From: Actinomycetes bacterium
GTDB taxonomy: Bacteria > Actinomycetota > Actinomycetes > S36-B12 > UBA5976
NCBI GenBank assembly: GCA_014190035.1
Contig: BJFU01000004.1
Span: forward strand, 1-50,152
Reading direction: 5' to 3'
Length of the DNA: 50,152 bases
How positions within the stretch are numbered: position 1 is the stretch's first letter; every line of letters begins with the position of its first letter. The notes beneath the pieces are model-generated. The model saw only the letters and a list, made by a program, of their open reading frames with translations, was not told the DNA's origin and made no database searches. A program made the position numbers and the translations under genes. Positions 29,168-40,369 of the stretch are shown here, piece after piece.

Positions 29168-32100
29168 TTATGCTGGTTGATCTTCTCGTACTTCACGAAT
29201 TCTTTGACTTACAACTGTTGAAATACCATCGCCACGCATTGATACTCCATAGAGAGAATCACAAATTTCCATAGTTCTCTTTTGATGTGTAACAATAATC
29301 AACTGAGAGTTTTGTCTTAGTTCTTCATAAAGTTCAAGGAGACGACCAAGGTTGGTGTCATCAAGTGCTGCTTCAACCTCATCAAGAATGTAGAACGGGG
29401 ATGGTCTGGCTTTGAACAATGCAACTAAGAATGCAACGGCTGCCAAAGATCTTTCTCCACCAGAAAGAAGTGAAAGTCTTAAATAACGTTTACCTTGTGG
29501 TTTAACTTCGATATCAATTCCAGTGGTGAGCATGTTTTCTGGATCAGTCAGAACTAATCTTCCTTCTCCGCCTGGGAAAAGTCTTGGCAATACTGTTTCA
29601 AATTCACGTGCCACGTCTTTATAGGCCTCGTTGAATACTTGTTGCACTCTTTGTTCTACTTCAGCAATTACTTCTAACAAATCTTTTCTGGTCTTTTTCA
29701 CATCTTCTAATTGCTCTGTTAAGAATTGGTTTCTTTCTTCCAAAGCACTGAATTCTTCCAATGCTAGTGGGTTAATTCGACCAAGCAGGGCTAACTTCTT
29801 TTCTGCATCAAGAGCACGTTTTTCTTGCTTCTCTCGAACATATGCTTCTGGTTCTTTTGGTGCAGGAATTGGCATATCAGGATCTGCATCTTCATCAATA
29901 TGCACAATTTGAGGTACTAATTGATCTGGACCGTATTCCTTCAATAAGGAATCGGCTTCAATACCGTAATCTTCCAAACCTTTGAGCTCAATTTGTTCAA
30001 TTCTTAATCTTTGTTCCATGCGGGCAACTTCATCACGATGCACTGTATCTACCAGGCGTTCTAATTCTGAACCTAAATCTCTAATGGTATGGCGTACTTG
30101 TTGCACTTCTTGTTCCATGGATTGTTGAAGTTTGGTTGCTTCATCTCTTTCATGCTCTGCGGTGATTAAAGAATTTTCCAGATAAGACATGGCTGTTTCC
30201 ACACCTTGAAATACTGCATTGGCAATATGGGCTTCGCGTCTTCTTTGTTCACGACGCTCCATGGCCTTAGAGCGAGACACTCTTTCACTGCTTGCTGTTC
30301 TTTCAAGTTGTTCTGCTCTTTGAACAACAGCAGCCAATCTTTCTTCAGCTGTTCGCATTGCAAGGCGGGCATCAACTTCTGCAGCTCTGGTGGTTTCAAG
30401 CAGTGTTCTTAATCTTTCTAATTCTGAAGCATCTATTTCAATTACTTCTTCAGGTTCAGTTCCAGAATCAGCTAAACGGGTTTCAATTTCACGAAGCACT
30501 CTTTCATCATCAGCACGAGCGGTGTGAGATGCGCGAAGCAAACTATCTAATCTTTCTGCCTCTGCTTGGGAAGATCTGTTTTGCTCACCCAATGCTGCTA
30601 GTTTTTCAGCAATTGCTGCTAGTTCTGCATCTGATTCGTAAAGCAACGCAAGGGCTGCTTCAACTTTTTCAGCAGCGCGTTTTTGTTCATCTTTGGCATT
30701 TTGTAATTCAAATCTAAGTTGATCAGCAAGTGCACTTGTTTGATCTCTTTCGGTTTCAGCTTTTTCAACATTAACTTTTGCTTCAATACGAGAACGAGTA
30801 TTTACTGTTCCACCAATTACGTAATAAGAAGTTACTTTGTCGCCATCTCTGGTTACAGCAGTAAGTCTTGGTTGTAATCTCACTGCTTCTTGAGCATTTT
30901 CCAGAGTTTCAACAATTACTACATCACGCAGTAATTTCTTTAAAGCATTTTGTAATTCATAAGGAGCATTTACTAATTCAATTGCGCTTCTGGAAAACGG
31001 TGGAGCAGCTGGTGCATTGTTTTGTTCATAAAGGGCATCAGCTAATAAAACTGCGGCTCTACCAGTTTTATTGTTCTTAAGTTTGTTAATGGATCTAATT
31101 GCGTCATTTACTGATTTTGCAGCAATTGCATTTGCAGCATCTCCTAGTGCAACAGAAACTGCTGATTCCCAACCACTTTCAATTCTTAACAATGTAGAAA
31201 GAGAACCAATTAATGAATCATCACCAGAACTTAATAATGAATCTCCACCGTCAACTTCTTCTAACAAAGATTGTTGTAAAGCTTCTGCTCTTGCTGTCAA
31301 TGCTGCTTTTGATTTTGCGGTTTCTTGAGATTTAATTTCTAGTTCAGCAACTTTTGTATCCGCTGCTGCTAATTCTTTTGAAGCTTGTTCGTATTGAGTA
31401 TCTAATCCTTTTTCAACACCATCAAGTCCTGCAATTTGAGATTCAAGGGATAAGAATTCTGTTTTTGCTTTTTCAGCACGTTCGCGTGCTTCTCTAACTT
31501 CAACTTCTAATCTTGTCGCTTCACTGGCACGAGCTTCAATACGAGATTTTGCGGCATTAACTTGTCCATTTAATCTGGCAAATTCTTCGCGCTTGTCAGC
31601 TGCAGATTTAATTGCATTGGTATGACGAGCTTGTTCTGTTTGAAATAACTCTTCGGTGGCATTTCTTTCACCCGATGATTTACTTAAGAAGTTTTTAGCA
31701 ACTTCAACATCTTTTTGTAATTCATAAGAATTTTCTCTAGTTGACTTAGCTTCCTTTTCTAACGCTTCAGGATCTGCCCCTGTGGTTTGTTCTTGAATTT
31801 CTTCTTCCACGAGTTTTGCTCGCTCCATAGCAAGGGATCTGGTACCAAAAAAGCGTTCTCTTAAAGATGCAAGTTTGAACCAAGTTTGTTGAGCAGTTTG
31901 TACTCTGGGAGTTGCCTCTAATAATAATCTTTCCAATTCTGATTCGCGAAGTTTCTTGACATTCATTTTGCTTTCAACTTCTGCTTGCTTTTCTCTCAAA
32001 ATTGTTTCGTCAGCAACTTCTTTCATCATGTTGATACGCATTTGAGTCAAGTCATCAGCCAAGATACGCAATTTTGCATCTCTTAGCTCTGCTTGAATTG

Positions 32101-32749
32101 TTTGAGCTTTTCGTGCAACATCTGCTTGTCTAGCCAAAGGTTTAAGTTGTCTTCTTATTTCATTTGTTAAGTCTTGTAAGCGAAGCATGTTTGCTTGAGT
32201 GGCATCAAGTTTTCTTTCAGCTTTTTCTTTTCTTCTTCTATGTTTTAGAACTCCGGCTGCTTCTTCAATAAATCCTCGACGATCTTCAGGCGTTGCACTT
32301 AGAACAGATGCAACTTGACCTTGACCAACGATCACGTGCATTTCTCGACCAATTCCAGAATCAGAAAGAAGTTCCTGCACATCAAGAAGTCGTGAAGCAT
32401 TTCCGTTAATGGCGTATTCAGATCCACCATTTCTAAATAAAGTTCTGGAAATTGTTACTTCTGCATAATCAATTGGTAATGCGCCATCAGCGTTATCAAT
32501 AGTTAAAACAACTTCAGCTCTACCTAAGGGTGCACGACCTGCTGAACCTTTAAAAATAACATCGTCCATCGTGCCACCACGTAATGTTTTGGCACCTTGT
32601 TCACCCATTACCCATGCAATTGCATCTACAACGTTTGATTTACCAGAACCATTTGGTCCAACAACTGCAGTAATTCCTTGTTCAAAATTAAGTGTTGTAG
32701 CAGAAGCAAATGATTTAAATCCGCGAATAGTCAGACTCTTTAAATACAA
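29168..32749 (-). CDS. smc: Chromosome segregation protein SMC
   Basis: GPNGSGKSN, coiled coils and hinge, LSGGE, LDEVEAALD. Confidence 0.97.
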   Translation of the reverse strand: MYLKSLTIRGFKSFASATTLNFEQGITAVVGPNGSGKSNVVDAIAWVMGEQGAKTLRGGTMDDVIFKGSAGRAPLGRAEVVLTIDNADGALPIDYAEVTISRTLFRNGGSEYAINGNASRLLDVQELLSDSGIGREMHVIVGQGQVASVLSATPEDRRGFIEEAAGVLKHRRRKEKAERKLDATQANMLRLQDLTNEIRRQLKPLARQADVARKAQTIQAELRDAKLRILADDLTQMRINMMKEVADETILREKQAEVESKMNVKKLRESELERLLLEATPRVQTAQQTWFKLASLRERFFGTRSLAMERAKLVEEEIQEQTTGADPEALEKEAKSTRENSYELQKDVEVAKNFLSKSSGERNATEELFQTEQARHTNAIKSAADKREEFARLNGQVNAAKSRIEARASEATRLEVEVREARERAEKAKTEFLSLESQIAGLDGVEKGLDTQYEQASKELAAADTKVAELEIKSQETAKSKAALTARAEALQQSLLEEVDGGDSLLSSGDDSLIGSLSTLLRIESGWESAVSVALGDAANAIAAKSVNDAIRSINKLKNNKTGRAAVLLADALYEQNNAPAAPPFSRSAIELVNAPYELQNALKKLLRDVVIVETLENAQEAVRLQPRLTAVTRDGDKVTSYYVIGGTVNTRSRIEAKVNVEKAETERDQTSALADQLRFELQNAKDEQKRAAEKVEAALALLYESDAELAAIAEKLAALGEQNRSSQAEAERLDSLLRASHTARADDERVLREIETRLADSGTEPEEVIEIDASELERLRTLLETTRAAEVDARLAMRTAEERLAAVVQRAEQLERTASSERVSRSKAMERREQRRREAHIANAVFQGVETAMSYLENSLITAEHERDEATKLQQSMEQEVQQVRHTIRDLGSELERLVDTVHRDEVARMEQRLRIEQIELKGLEDYGIEADSLLKEYGPDQLVPQIVHIDEDADPDMPIPAPKEPEAYVREKQEKRALDAEKKLALLGRINPLALEEFSALEERNQFLTEQLEDVKKTRKDLLEVIAEVEQRVQQVFNEAYKDVAREFETVLPRLFPGGEGRLVLTDPENMLTTGIDIEVKPQGKRYLRLSLLSGGERSLAAVAFLVALFKARPSPFYILDEVEAALDDTNLGRLLELYEELRQNSQLIIVTHQKRTMEICDSLYGVSMRGDGISTVVSQRIREVREDQPA

Positions 32750-32792
32750 GATCTGCCTCCGGATTTAGTGGGTTTGTCTTAACCCTCTAACT

Positions 32793-33665
32793 CTATCTAT
32801 GAGGGCGTATGTGAGGTTGGCAATTTGGACAGATTGTTGAACTTCTGTTGTTAGAAAAGGCTTCTCGGACCATTTCCAAATCACACCTGTAACACCTTTC
32901 ACCTTCGCGACCATATGCGTTCAATTCGTTTTCGAAGTAACCACTTTCGCCATTTACGTCAATATAGAGATCATCAAAGGAGGTTCCCCCTTTTTCTAAC
33001 GCTTTAGACATGACTTCTTTGGCACTTAACAAGATTTCTTTAATTTTTTTCTCATTTAAATCTTCACAAATATTTGCCCAATGCGTTTTTGCTAACCACA
33101 AAGCCTCATCAGCATAAATATTTCCTATTCCTGCCACAATTTCTTGATTTAGAAGTGCTTGTTTGATTCCAGTTTTTCTTCTCTTTATATTGGCAATTGT
33201 TTTATCCATATCAAATGTTTCTTCAAATAAATCAGGTGAAATGTGTAATACCGATTGCGGAACTAAGCGGTTATCTTTAGCCTCCACTAATTCTTCTAAG
33301 TTAATCCAACCAAAGGTTCTTTGATCAATAAAGTGCAAACTTCTTTTCTTGTCGGCAAAATCAAAAGTAACTCGAGCATGAGTTGATGGCTTTTCATCAT
33401 GTTTGACCATCAGCATTTGTCCACTCATGCCTAAATGTGCACTGATGGCTTGTGAGGAGTTCTTCAGCGTCATCCATAAGAATTTGCCTCTACGCTCAAC
33501 TGAGTTGATTGTAAAACCGGAAACTGTTTTCTCAAATGTTTTCGTGCTGAATTCAAAGTTTCTCAAAGCTCTATTGTTTCTTACTTTAGCTTTTTCAATC
33601 TTTCTATTTTTTATGTGCTTAGCTAAGCCTTTACGAACTACTTCAACTTCTGGTAATTCTGGCAT
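32793..33665 (-). CDS. mutM: Formamidopyrimidine-DNA glycosylase
   Basis: PELPEVE, RRGKF, GIGNIYADE, C-terminal zinc finger. Confidence 0.96.
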   Translation of the reverse strand: MPELPEVEVVRKGLAKHIKNRKIEKAKVRNNRALRNFEFSTKTFEKTVSGFTINSVERRGKFLWMTLKNSSQAISAHLGMSGQMLMVKHDEKPSTHARVTFDFADKKRSLHFIDQRTFGWINLEELVEAKDNRLVPQSVLHISPDLFEETFDMDKTIANIKRRKTGIKQALLNQEIVAGIGNIYADEALWLAKTHWANICEDLNEKKIKEILLSAKEVMSKALEKGGTSFDDLYIDVNGESGYFENELNAYGREGERCYRCDLEMVREAFSNNRSSTICPNCQPHIRPHR

Positions 33666-34343
33666 TTAAGGTCTTAAATTATTTATCTCAGTGTAAGCAG
33701 AACTAGCTGCATGCTGTTCTGCTTCTTTTTTACTTTTACCTTCGCCATTGCCATAAATTTGTTCACCAATTTTAACTTTAGCGGTGAATCTTTTGTCATG
33801 ATCTGGACCAGATTGTTCAATCGCGTATTCAATTGCACCTAAAGACTTAGAATTTACAAGTTCGGCCAAACTGGTTTTCCAATCAAGACCTGCTCCTAAT
33901 TCTGCACTTGCAGCCAAAATTGGTGCAAAAAGTTGCAAAATAACTTCACTTGATTTTTCAATTCCATGCTCAACATAAATTGCGCCGAGTAATGCTTCAA
34001 CTGCATCAGCCAAAATACTTGATTTATCTCGACCACCAGTTGCTTCTTCACCTTTACCAAGTAGAAGAAATTCACCCAAACCTAAAGTTCTTGCCACATC
34101 AGCTAATGCTTTGGCGTTAACAACAGCAGCACGAAGCTTTGCTAATTGACCTTCTTGCGCATCAGGATTTTTTCTATAAAGTTCATCAGTGACAACAATT
34201 CCTAAAACGGAATCACCTAAAAATTCAAGTCTTTCATTTGTGGGGATACCACCATTTTCATAAGAAAATGATCTATGCGTAATGGCTTGTTTTAATATTT
34301 CTTCCGATAGTTCAACGCCTAGGCGCGCTACTAGTTCGCGCAT
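33666..34343 (-). CDS. rnc: Ribonuclease III
   Basis: NERLEFLGD signature and dsRBD. Confidence 0.97.
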   Translation of the reverse strand: MRELVARLGVELSEEILKQAITHRSFSYENGGIPTNERLEFLGDSVLGIVVTDELYRKNPDAQEGQLAKLRAAVVNAKALADVARTLGLGEFLLLGKGEEATGGRDKSSILADAVEALLGAIYVEHGIEKSSEVILQLFAPILAASAELGAGLDWKTSLAELVNSKSLGAIEYAIEQSGPDHDKRFTAKVKIGEQIYGNGEGKSKKEAEQHAASSAYTEINNLRP

Positions 34344-34356
34344 ATTACAAATTTAT

Positions 34357-34530
34357 TTATGGATTTGTAACTTGACGTTTTGCGTATGTACCACATGTTG
34401 GGCATGCAGTGTGAGGAAGTTTTTCTGAACGACAACGATCACAAGTAACTAAAGTTGGAACAGTTGCTTTCCATTGTGCGCGACGATTGCGTGTATTAGA
34501 ACGCGACATTTTTCGTTTTGGTACTGGCAC
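34357..34530 (-). CDS. rpmF: 50S ribosomal protein L32 (57 aa, absent from the ORF track)
   Basis: Manual translation from GTG: [57 protein letters not shown]. Confidence 0.96.
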   Translation of the reverse strand: MPVPKRKMSRSNTRNRRAQWKATVPTLVTCDRCRSEKLPHTACPTCGTYAKRQVTNP

Positions 34531-34536
34531 TTTTCT

Positions 34537-35079
34537 CTACTTCTCTTCCTTTAATTGCGATAGCTTTGACCATCGCGGATCAATTATTTCGTGCTTATGT
34601 TCAGGATCCTCTTCGAGACGAATTCCGCACTGGGCACAAAGTCCAAGACAATCATCATTGCAAAGAGGTCTAGTTGGTAGTTCAAGCACCACCGCATCTA
34701 TGAGGGCGGGCTCAAGATCTATCAAATCTCCTTGCATCCTTCTAATCTCATCTGCTTCGTCATCATCGGTAATTTCTTTATCTTCATAGACATATAAATC
34801 TGTAACCTGCGCATCTATTTCATACTTAACCGGATCTAAACAGCGAGAACATTCTGTTTCTGCTTCGAAATAAACTTCCCCAGTAACTAGCACTCCATCA
34901 ACGACAGCTTCAAGTAAAAGATCTAAATCAATCTCGGTTTCTGCAGGAACTATTACTGGGCCATTAGTTAATGAATTAGGTAATTTAATGGTGATATCAA
35001 TTTTCTTTGATTCACCAGCTCTTCGAGGCAATTCGTGAACATCAAGCACTAAGGGATCTCGTGCGTCCAATTTCTTCAT
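34537..35079 (-). CDS. YceD/DUF177 family protein
   Basis: CSRCL and LC..DC.GLC..CG, DPRW; upstream of rpmF. Confidence 0.92.
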   Translation of the reverse strand: MKKLDARDPLVLDVHELPRRAGESKKIDITIKLPNSLTNGPVIVPAETEIDLDLLLEAVVDGVLVTGEVYFEAETECSRCLDPVKYEIDAQVTDLYVYEDKEITDDDEADEIRRMQGDLIDLEPALIDAVVLELPTRPLCNDDCLGLCAQCGIRLEEDPEHKHEIIDPRWSKLSQLKEEK

Positions 35080-35083
35080 GGAA

Positions 35084-35551
35084 TTAACCTAAATCGTTAA
35101 AGGAAGAATTACCACTTATTTTTTCTCTGCCACGCCTTACTGCTAACAAGGTTCTATTCAGAGTGATTTCAAAGTTTGCTAGACGAGCATCGATGTATTC
35201 ATCTGTTTCATTGCGCATTGAATTTAGTTCTTGGTCTACTTGTTGCAAAATTTCTTGAGCTCTTTGAGTGGCTGATTGAACAATTTCAGTTTGCGAAATA
35301 AGTCGGTTAGCTTCTGCTCTTGCTTGTTCAATCACAGCTTGACCAGCCATTCGACCTTCTTCGATCACTGCTTCTTTGTTGTCTAGTAAGTGATTTGCCT
35401 GCAAGATATCTTCTGGAAGCTTCTTCTTTAATTCATTCAATAAATTAATCATTTCTTGACGGTTAACTAAAGCACCATCACGAGATAGCGGCACTGAGCG
35501 TGCTTCTGCAATCTCGTTTAAAATCTGTTCGATTATTTGTAAGGATTCCAT
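35084..35551 (-). CDS. sepIVA: SepIVA-like coiled-coil cell division protein
   Basis: EARSVPLS N-terminus, coiled coil, YIDARLANFE; position between coaD and DUF177. Confidence 0.7.
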   Translation of the reverse strand: MESLQIIEQILNEIAEARSVPLSRDGALVNRQEMINLLNELKKKLPEDILQANHLLDNKEAVIEEGRMAGQAVIEQARAEANRLISQTEIVQSATQRAQEILQQVDQELNSMRNETDEYIDARLANFEITLNRTLLAVRRGREKISGNSSFNDLG

Positions 35552-35555
35552 AGTT

Positions 35556-36032
35556 TTATTTCTGATATTTCGCTTTCAACGCTTGGGCTACTGGTTTTGG
35601 TACTGAGGTTGAAATATCTCCCCCATGTCGTGCCACTTCTCTAACCAAACTTGAGGAAAGAAATGAGTACAGCGGATTTGTGGCCACAAACAAAGTCTCT
35701 ACAGGTCCTAATTGATAGTTCATCTGAGACATCTGTAATTCGTAGTCAAAATCACTTACCGCTCTTAAACCTTTAACGATTGCAGTTACCCCGCGATCTC
35801 TACAGAAATCAACCAATAAACCATCAAATGTTTCAACAATTACTTTAGGTAAATGTTTACAAGATTCTCTAATTAATTCAACGCGTTCTTCAATAGTAAA
35901 TAGTCCAGCTTTGGTGTGATTAACCAAAACAGCCACCACGACTTCATTGGAAATATCTGAGGCTCTTTTGAATACATCTATGTGGCCATTGGTTACAGGA
36001 TCAAAGGAACCGGGACAAACTACTTTTTGCAT
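35556..36032 (-). CDS. coaD: Phosphopantetheine adenylyltransferase
   Basis: PGSFDPVTNGH, KGLR..SDFDYE, SSSLVRE. Confidence 0.97.
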   Translation of the reverse strand: MQKVVCPGSFDPVTNGHIDVFKRASDISNEVVVAVLVNHTKAGLFTIEERVELIRESCKHLPKVIVETFDGLLVDFCRDRGVTAIVKGLRAVSDFDYELQMSQMNYQLGPVETLFVATNPLYSFLSSSLVREVARHGGDISTSVPKPVAQALKAKYQK

Positions 36033-36589
36033 ACTTGACCGTACCAAACACACGTATCGCCATAACTCTTATCTCTAATGCTTTCGAAGCCATCAGGCCA
36101 AACAAAGTCACCAGATCTCTTAGAAGTTTCCACAACCAGGATGGCGTCATCAGAAAACCAAGAATTAGCAAGACCCTGCGTTATGACTTTTGAGATTTGT
36201 ACCAGTGGCATTTCATAAGGTGGATCTAGAAAAATCAATTGCGCAGGCATTTTTAGTTTTTCTGCAGGTTTTGCCGAAAAGAGTGTTTCAACTTTGGCAT
36301 CAACAACGTGAGCATTAACTTTTAAGTCTTCAATATTTTTGTTAATCACAGCAACCGCATTTTTATTGTCTTCTACAAATACACAATGATTTGCCCCTCT
36401 AGAAATTGATTCAATTCCAAGAGCACCACTTCCTGCAAAAAGATCAAGCACACTTACTTCAGCAATTGCATCAAGAGAAGTAAGACTAGAAAAAACGGCT
36501 TCGCGAACTCTTTCCGCAGTTGGTCTTGTTCCTGCATCTGGTACTTTCAGAGCTCTTCCTCTAAGTTCTCCAGCAATAATTCTGGTCAT
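36020..36589 (-). CDS. rsmD: 16S rRNA m2G966 methyltransferase
   Basis: RIIAG..RPT..RVRE, LDLFAGSGALG, DPPY. Confidence 0.95.
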   Translation of the reverse strand: MTRIIAGELRGRALKVPDAGTRPTAERVREAVFSSLTSLDAIAEVSVLDLFAGSGALGIESISRGANHCVFVEDNKNAVAVINKNIEDLKVNAHVVDAKVETLFSAKPAEKLKMPAQLIFLDPPYEMPLVQISKVITQGLANSWFSDDAILVVETSKRSGDFVWPDGFESIRDKSYGDTCVWYGQVCKK

Positions 36590-38794
36590 TTAGTTTTTCT
36601 CCAAGAATTCTGTTTCTGCTTCTTTTTCTATTTCTAATACTGCTTTTTGTAAAGCTGGCACTTGCGCAAGTGTGAAATCTTGTTCAACTAGTTTCTTGCA
36701 GGCATCTCTGGCTAATTCTACTAATTCCACATCTTTGACAACTTGTAGTAATTTCAAAGAAGATTTTCTACCAGATTGTCTTGAACCTAGAACATTTCCT
36801 TCTCTTCGAATTTCTAAATCAAGTTGTGCTAATTCAAAACCATCAGTAGTTGATGCCACTGCTGCCAGTCTTTCCCTTGCAGGAGAATCTTCAGGAGATT
36901 CTGTAACAAATAAACAAATTCCAGGTTCTTTGCCTCGACCAATTCGACCACGTAACTGATGCAATTGGCTAACCCCAAATCGATCAGCATCAAGAATAAT
37001 CATCATCGTCGCATTTGGTACATCCACACCAACTTCAATAACAGTTGTGGAAACTAAAACATCAATGCCATCTTTAGCGCTTGGTCCTGCATTAAATCTG
37101 CGCATGATGTCATCTTTTTCTTCACTTGACATTCGTCCATGTAAAACTCCAACTCTGACATCTTTTAGTGGACCACCAGAAAGCATTGGTGCAACTTCTA
37201 ATACAGCAAGTGGTGGACGTTTCTCATCTTCTGTTTCTAAATCTGTGTCATCTTCTGCAGATGCTCCACCAATGCGAGGTGCAACTATATAAACCTGGTG
37301 ACCATTTTTAACTTCTTCAACAACTCTTTGCCATCCTCTTTCTAAGTGTCCTGGTTTTTCGACAGATAAAACAACATGAGTTGTAATCGGACTTCTTCCT
37401 TGCGGTAATTCTTTTAGTGAACAAATATCTAAATCCCCAAAGACTGTCATTGCCACAGTTCTTGGAATTGGAGTTGCTGTCATTACTAAAACGTGTGGTC
37501 TTTTATCGCCAGGAGATTTTGCAGCAAGCGCTGCACGTTGCTCAACACCAAATCGATGTTGTTCATCAACTACAACTAAAGCTAAATCTTTAAACTTCAC
37601 ACCTTCTTGAATAATGGCGTGAGTTCCCACCACAATTCCTGCATCACCATTTGCAATGTTTGCTAACACATTTGATCTGCTGGCACCAGTTACTGATCCA
37701 GTTAATAACTCAACCTGGGTGCCAAGTTCACTTCCCCCAAGCTCTCCCTTGGTAGCAAGTGAACCCATTAATTTCTTTATTGTTCTTAAATGTTGTCCAG
37801 CTAAAACTTCCGTTGGTGCAAGCAATGCTGCTTGTCCGCCTGCATCAACTGCTGCGAGCATTGCTCGAAGTGCCACGATTGTTTTTCCACTTCCCACATC
37901 TCCTTGAAGTAATCGATGCATGGGGTGAGTTTGACCAATTTCTGCAAATAATGCTTCGCCTATTTCTTTTTGTCCATTGGTTAATTCAAAAGGTAAATTC
38001 TTATCAAATTCCGTTACTAGACCATCTGTTACTTGCTTTCGAGCAGTTGCAGGTAATTGTGATTCTTTTGCTCGTCTTTGTAATAAAACAGTTTGCAAAA
38101 CAAATGCTTCATCAAATTTCAATCGATTTAAGGCCATTGCTACTTGTTCAAAGGTTTCTGGTTCATGAATCCAGGTGATGGCTTGCTTAAAAGAAATAAG
38201 TCCTAATTCTTCCTGCATAGATTTAGGAACCACATCATCGTCTTCTTGGATTTCTAATTGACTCATCACAAACTTGATTGCTTTGGCTGTTCTCCAACTA
38301 GGAACAGAACCTGTTGCTGGATATACCGGAATTAACGCTTTGGCAAACATTTCTATTACATCTGGATCTGTTTCTTCGCCTTGTTGAGCTGTCAAAATAT
38401 ATTCAGGATGAATTAATTGTTTTCTACCTCTGTATTCCTGAACTTTGCCAGCAAATAAACCTTGGATTCCTGGAATCAATCTTTTCTTGTGCATGCTTGC
38501 CATGGCAAAGAAAGCTAAATCAATTGTTTTCTTTCCATCTGTTACTACTACTTCTAGACGTGTTGTGCGTCTGCCTTTCATAGGTGCCTCTTTGGCAGAA
38601 GCAACTTCAGCTAGAACTGTTGCGTGCTCACCAATTCTTAAAGATTTAAGATCAGTTAATTCACCACGTTTGGCATAACGCCTTGGATAGTGGCGCACCA
38701 AATCTTCCACTGTTTCATAACCAAAAGCAGTGGATAAAAGTTTTGCTGACCGACCGCCTAAGACATCAATCAGCGAGGAATTTAGGTGAACCAT
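36590..38794 (-). CDS. recG: ATP-dependent DNA helicase RecG
   Basis: [36 protein letters not shown]. Confidence 0.97.
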   Translation of the reverse strand: MVHLNSSLIDVLGGRSAKLLSTAFGYETVEDLVRHYPRRYAKRGELTDLKSLRIGEHATVLAEVASAKEAPMKGRRTTRLEVVVTDGKKTIDLAFFAMASMHKKRLIPGIQGLFAGKVQEYRGRKQLIHPEYILTAQQGEETDPDVIEMFAKALIPVYPATGSVPSWRTAKAIKFVMSQLEIQEDDDVVPKSMQEELGLISFKQAITWIHEPETFEQVAMALNRLKFDEAFVLQTVLLQRRAKESQLPATARKQVTDGLVTEFDKNLPFELTNGQKEIGEALFAEIGQTHPMHRLLQGDVGSGKTIVALRAMLAAVDAGGQAALLAPTEVLAGQHLRTIKKLMGSLATKGELGGSELGTQVELLTGSVTGASRSNVLANIANGDAGIVVGTHAIIQEGVKFKDLALVVVDEQHRFGVEQRAALAAKSPGDKRPHVLVMTATPIPRTVAMTVFGDLDICSLKELPQGRSPITTHVVLSVEKPGHLERGWQRVVEEVKNGHQVYIVAPRIGGASAEDDTDLETEDEKRPPLAVLEVAPMLSGGPLKDVRVGVLHGRMSSEEKDDIMRRFNAGPSAKDGIDVLVSTTVIEVGVDVPNATMMIILDADRFGVSQLHQLRGRIGRGKEPGICLFVTESPEDSPARERLAAVASTTDGFELAQLDLEIRREGNVLGSRQSGRKSSLKLLQVVKDVELVELARDACKKLVEQDFTLAQVPALQKAVLEIEKEAETEFLEKN

Positions 38795-38906
38795 CGTTGG
38801 TTCCAGCCTAGGCTTAGTGGGTGCTTTCAAGGCGCATTCAATGCCTTGGGTAGGCTCTTACAAGTTGCTAAAAGTGCAATTAAATAAATCGGGAGTGAAA
38901 TTACAG

Positions 38907-39092
38907 ATGGCCGCCAAGTGCGATGTTTGTGGCAAAGGACCAGGATTTGGTCACCAAGTTTCACATTCCAACGTTAAAACTAAAAGACGTTTCAATCCAA
39001 ATATTCAAAGAGTTAAAGCAATCATTAAAGGAACACCAAAGCACGTTAATGTTTGCACTTCCTGCCTTCGCGCAGGCAAAGTAACTCGCTAA
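38907..39092 (+). CDS. rpmB: 50S ribosomal protein L28 (zinc-ribbon form)
   Basis: [24 protein letters not shown]. Confidence 0.96.
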   Translation: MAAKCDVCGKGPGFGHQVSHSNVKTKRRFNPNIQRVKAIIKGTPKHVNVCTSCLRAGKVTR

Positions 39093-40055
39093 CTAAATCT
39101 TAAAGTGATCGTGGCCTTTGGGGCCTAGAAAATGTCTACCATCAATTGTTACTTGGGCTTTTCCTTCAAATACTTCACCAATTACTTTGAATCCATCTGG
39201 CACTTGTCTAGATCTTGGAAGAGTTGCGACAAAAGCATGATCATCTCCCCCAGTCATTACCCAAATCATGGGATCAACATTTAAAGCTGCTGCTACATCT
39301 AATATTTCTTGTTCAGGAATTAAGGCAGTAGTTTTAATATCAATGTGAACTTCTGATGCTGTGGCAATGTGACCTAAATCTTGCAATAAGCCATCGGAAA
39401 CATCAATCATGGAAGAAACAAAGTCTTTAGCAATAGTTCCAGCAAAGTAAGGAACTTTTGGTCTTCTATGTGCATCGCAAACTATTTTTGGTGATTTAAA
39501 TCCTCGACGCAATGCACTTAAACCAGCTTCAGCCCAACCTAATCTTCCTGCCATTATTACTAAGTTTCCAGGTTCTGCCCCACTTCTTTTTAATGGCGCT
39601 TGGGATAAACCAGCATCACTTATATTTCCTAAAGCAGTAATAGAAATAGTTAAATTCTCAGATTTGGTGGTGTCTCCACCTACAACTGCAGCATTTACTA
39701 ATGCTGCTTCTTCACAGATTCCATCTACAAGTTCAATTAACCAATCAACTTTAGTTGTTCCAGGAATTGCTAAACCAATAAGTAATGCAGTTGGTGTTGC
39801 ACCTGTTGCCACAATGTCAGCTAAATTTGCAGCAGCTGCTCTATGCCCAATATCTCTGGCACTAGACCAATCTCTTTTAAAGTGTTGACCTTCAACCAAC
39901 ATGTCAGTTGATGCCACGACTCGAGCTGAATCTAATTGCACGATTGCAGCGTCATCACCTAAACCAAGGATTACTTGAGAAGCAGGAGCTAGACGAGATT
40001 TCAATAATTCAACAAAGCCAAATTCACCCAAGTCGGCGATTGTTTGCTCACTCAT
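39093..40055 (-). CDS. thiL: Thiamine-phosphate kinase
   Basis: GEFG, GDDAA, VGGDT, IDVSDGL. Confidence 0.94.
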   Translation of the reverse strand: MSEQTIADLGEFGFVELLKSRLAPASQVILGLGDDAAIVQLDSARVVASTDMLVEGQHFKRDWSSARDIGHRAAAANLADIVATGATPTALLIGLAIPGTTKVDWLIELVDGICEEAALVNAAVVGGDTTKSENLTISITALGNISDAGLSQAPLKRSGAEPGNLVIMAGRLGWAEAGLSALRRGFKSPKIVCDAHRRPKVPYFAGTIAKDFVSSMIDVSDGLLQDLGHIATASEVHIDIKTTALIPEQEILDVAAALNVDPMIWVMTGGDDHAFVATLPRSRQVPDGFKVIGEVFEGKAQVTIDGRHFLGPKGHDHFKI

Positions 40056-40132
40056 CTTGATCTCCCCCTTTTCAATTATCCAACTTAAATGTAAGTTTAT
40101 GCTCACTATTAGATAAAGAAAGTTGAAAAATA

Positions 40133-40369
40133 ATGAGTGTTCAGGCCTACATCTTGGTACAAACCGAAGTCGGTAAGTCCGATGAGGTAGCTCAGGCAAT
40201 AAATGCTATTTCTGGTGTTATGAATGCTGAACACGTAACTGGACCCTATGACGTCATTGTTAGAGCAGAAGCCAAATCCATTGACGATTTAGCCAAAGTG
40301 GTTTTAGCAAAAGTTCAAACTGTTAAGGGAATTACTAGAACTCTTACTTGCCCAATAGTTAACTTGTAA
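40133..40369 (+). CDS. Lrp/AsnC ligand-binding-domain protein
   Basis: VQAYILVQTEVGK, VTGPYDVI, GITRTLTC; usual position beside thiL. Confidence 0.9.
   Translation: MSVQAYILVQTEVGKSDEVAQAINAISGVMNAEHVTGPYDVIVRAEAKSIDDLAKVVLAKVQTVKGITRTLTCPIVNL

Noticed and set aside
29168-32749. SMC-like defence system (Wadjet/MksB)
   Set aside because: Canonical hinge-containing SMC in the conserved mutM-smc-ftsY context with no jet/mks partners.
40056-40199. Long ORF-track starts for thiL, and similarly rpsP, rpmB, recG, ffh, trmD, ddl, coaD
   Set aside because: Family N-termini and overlaps favour the downstream starts given in the feature list.
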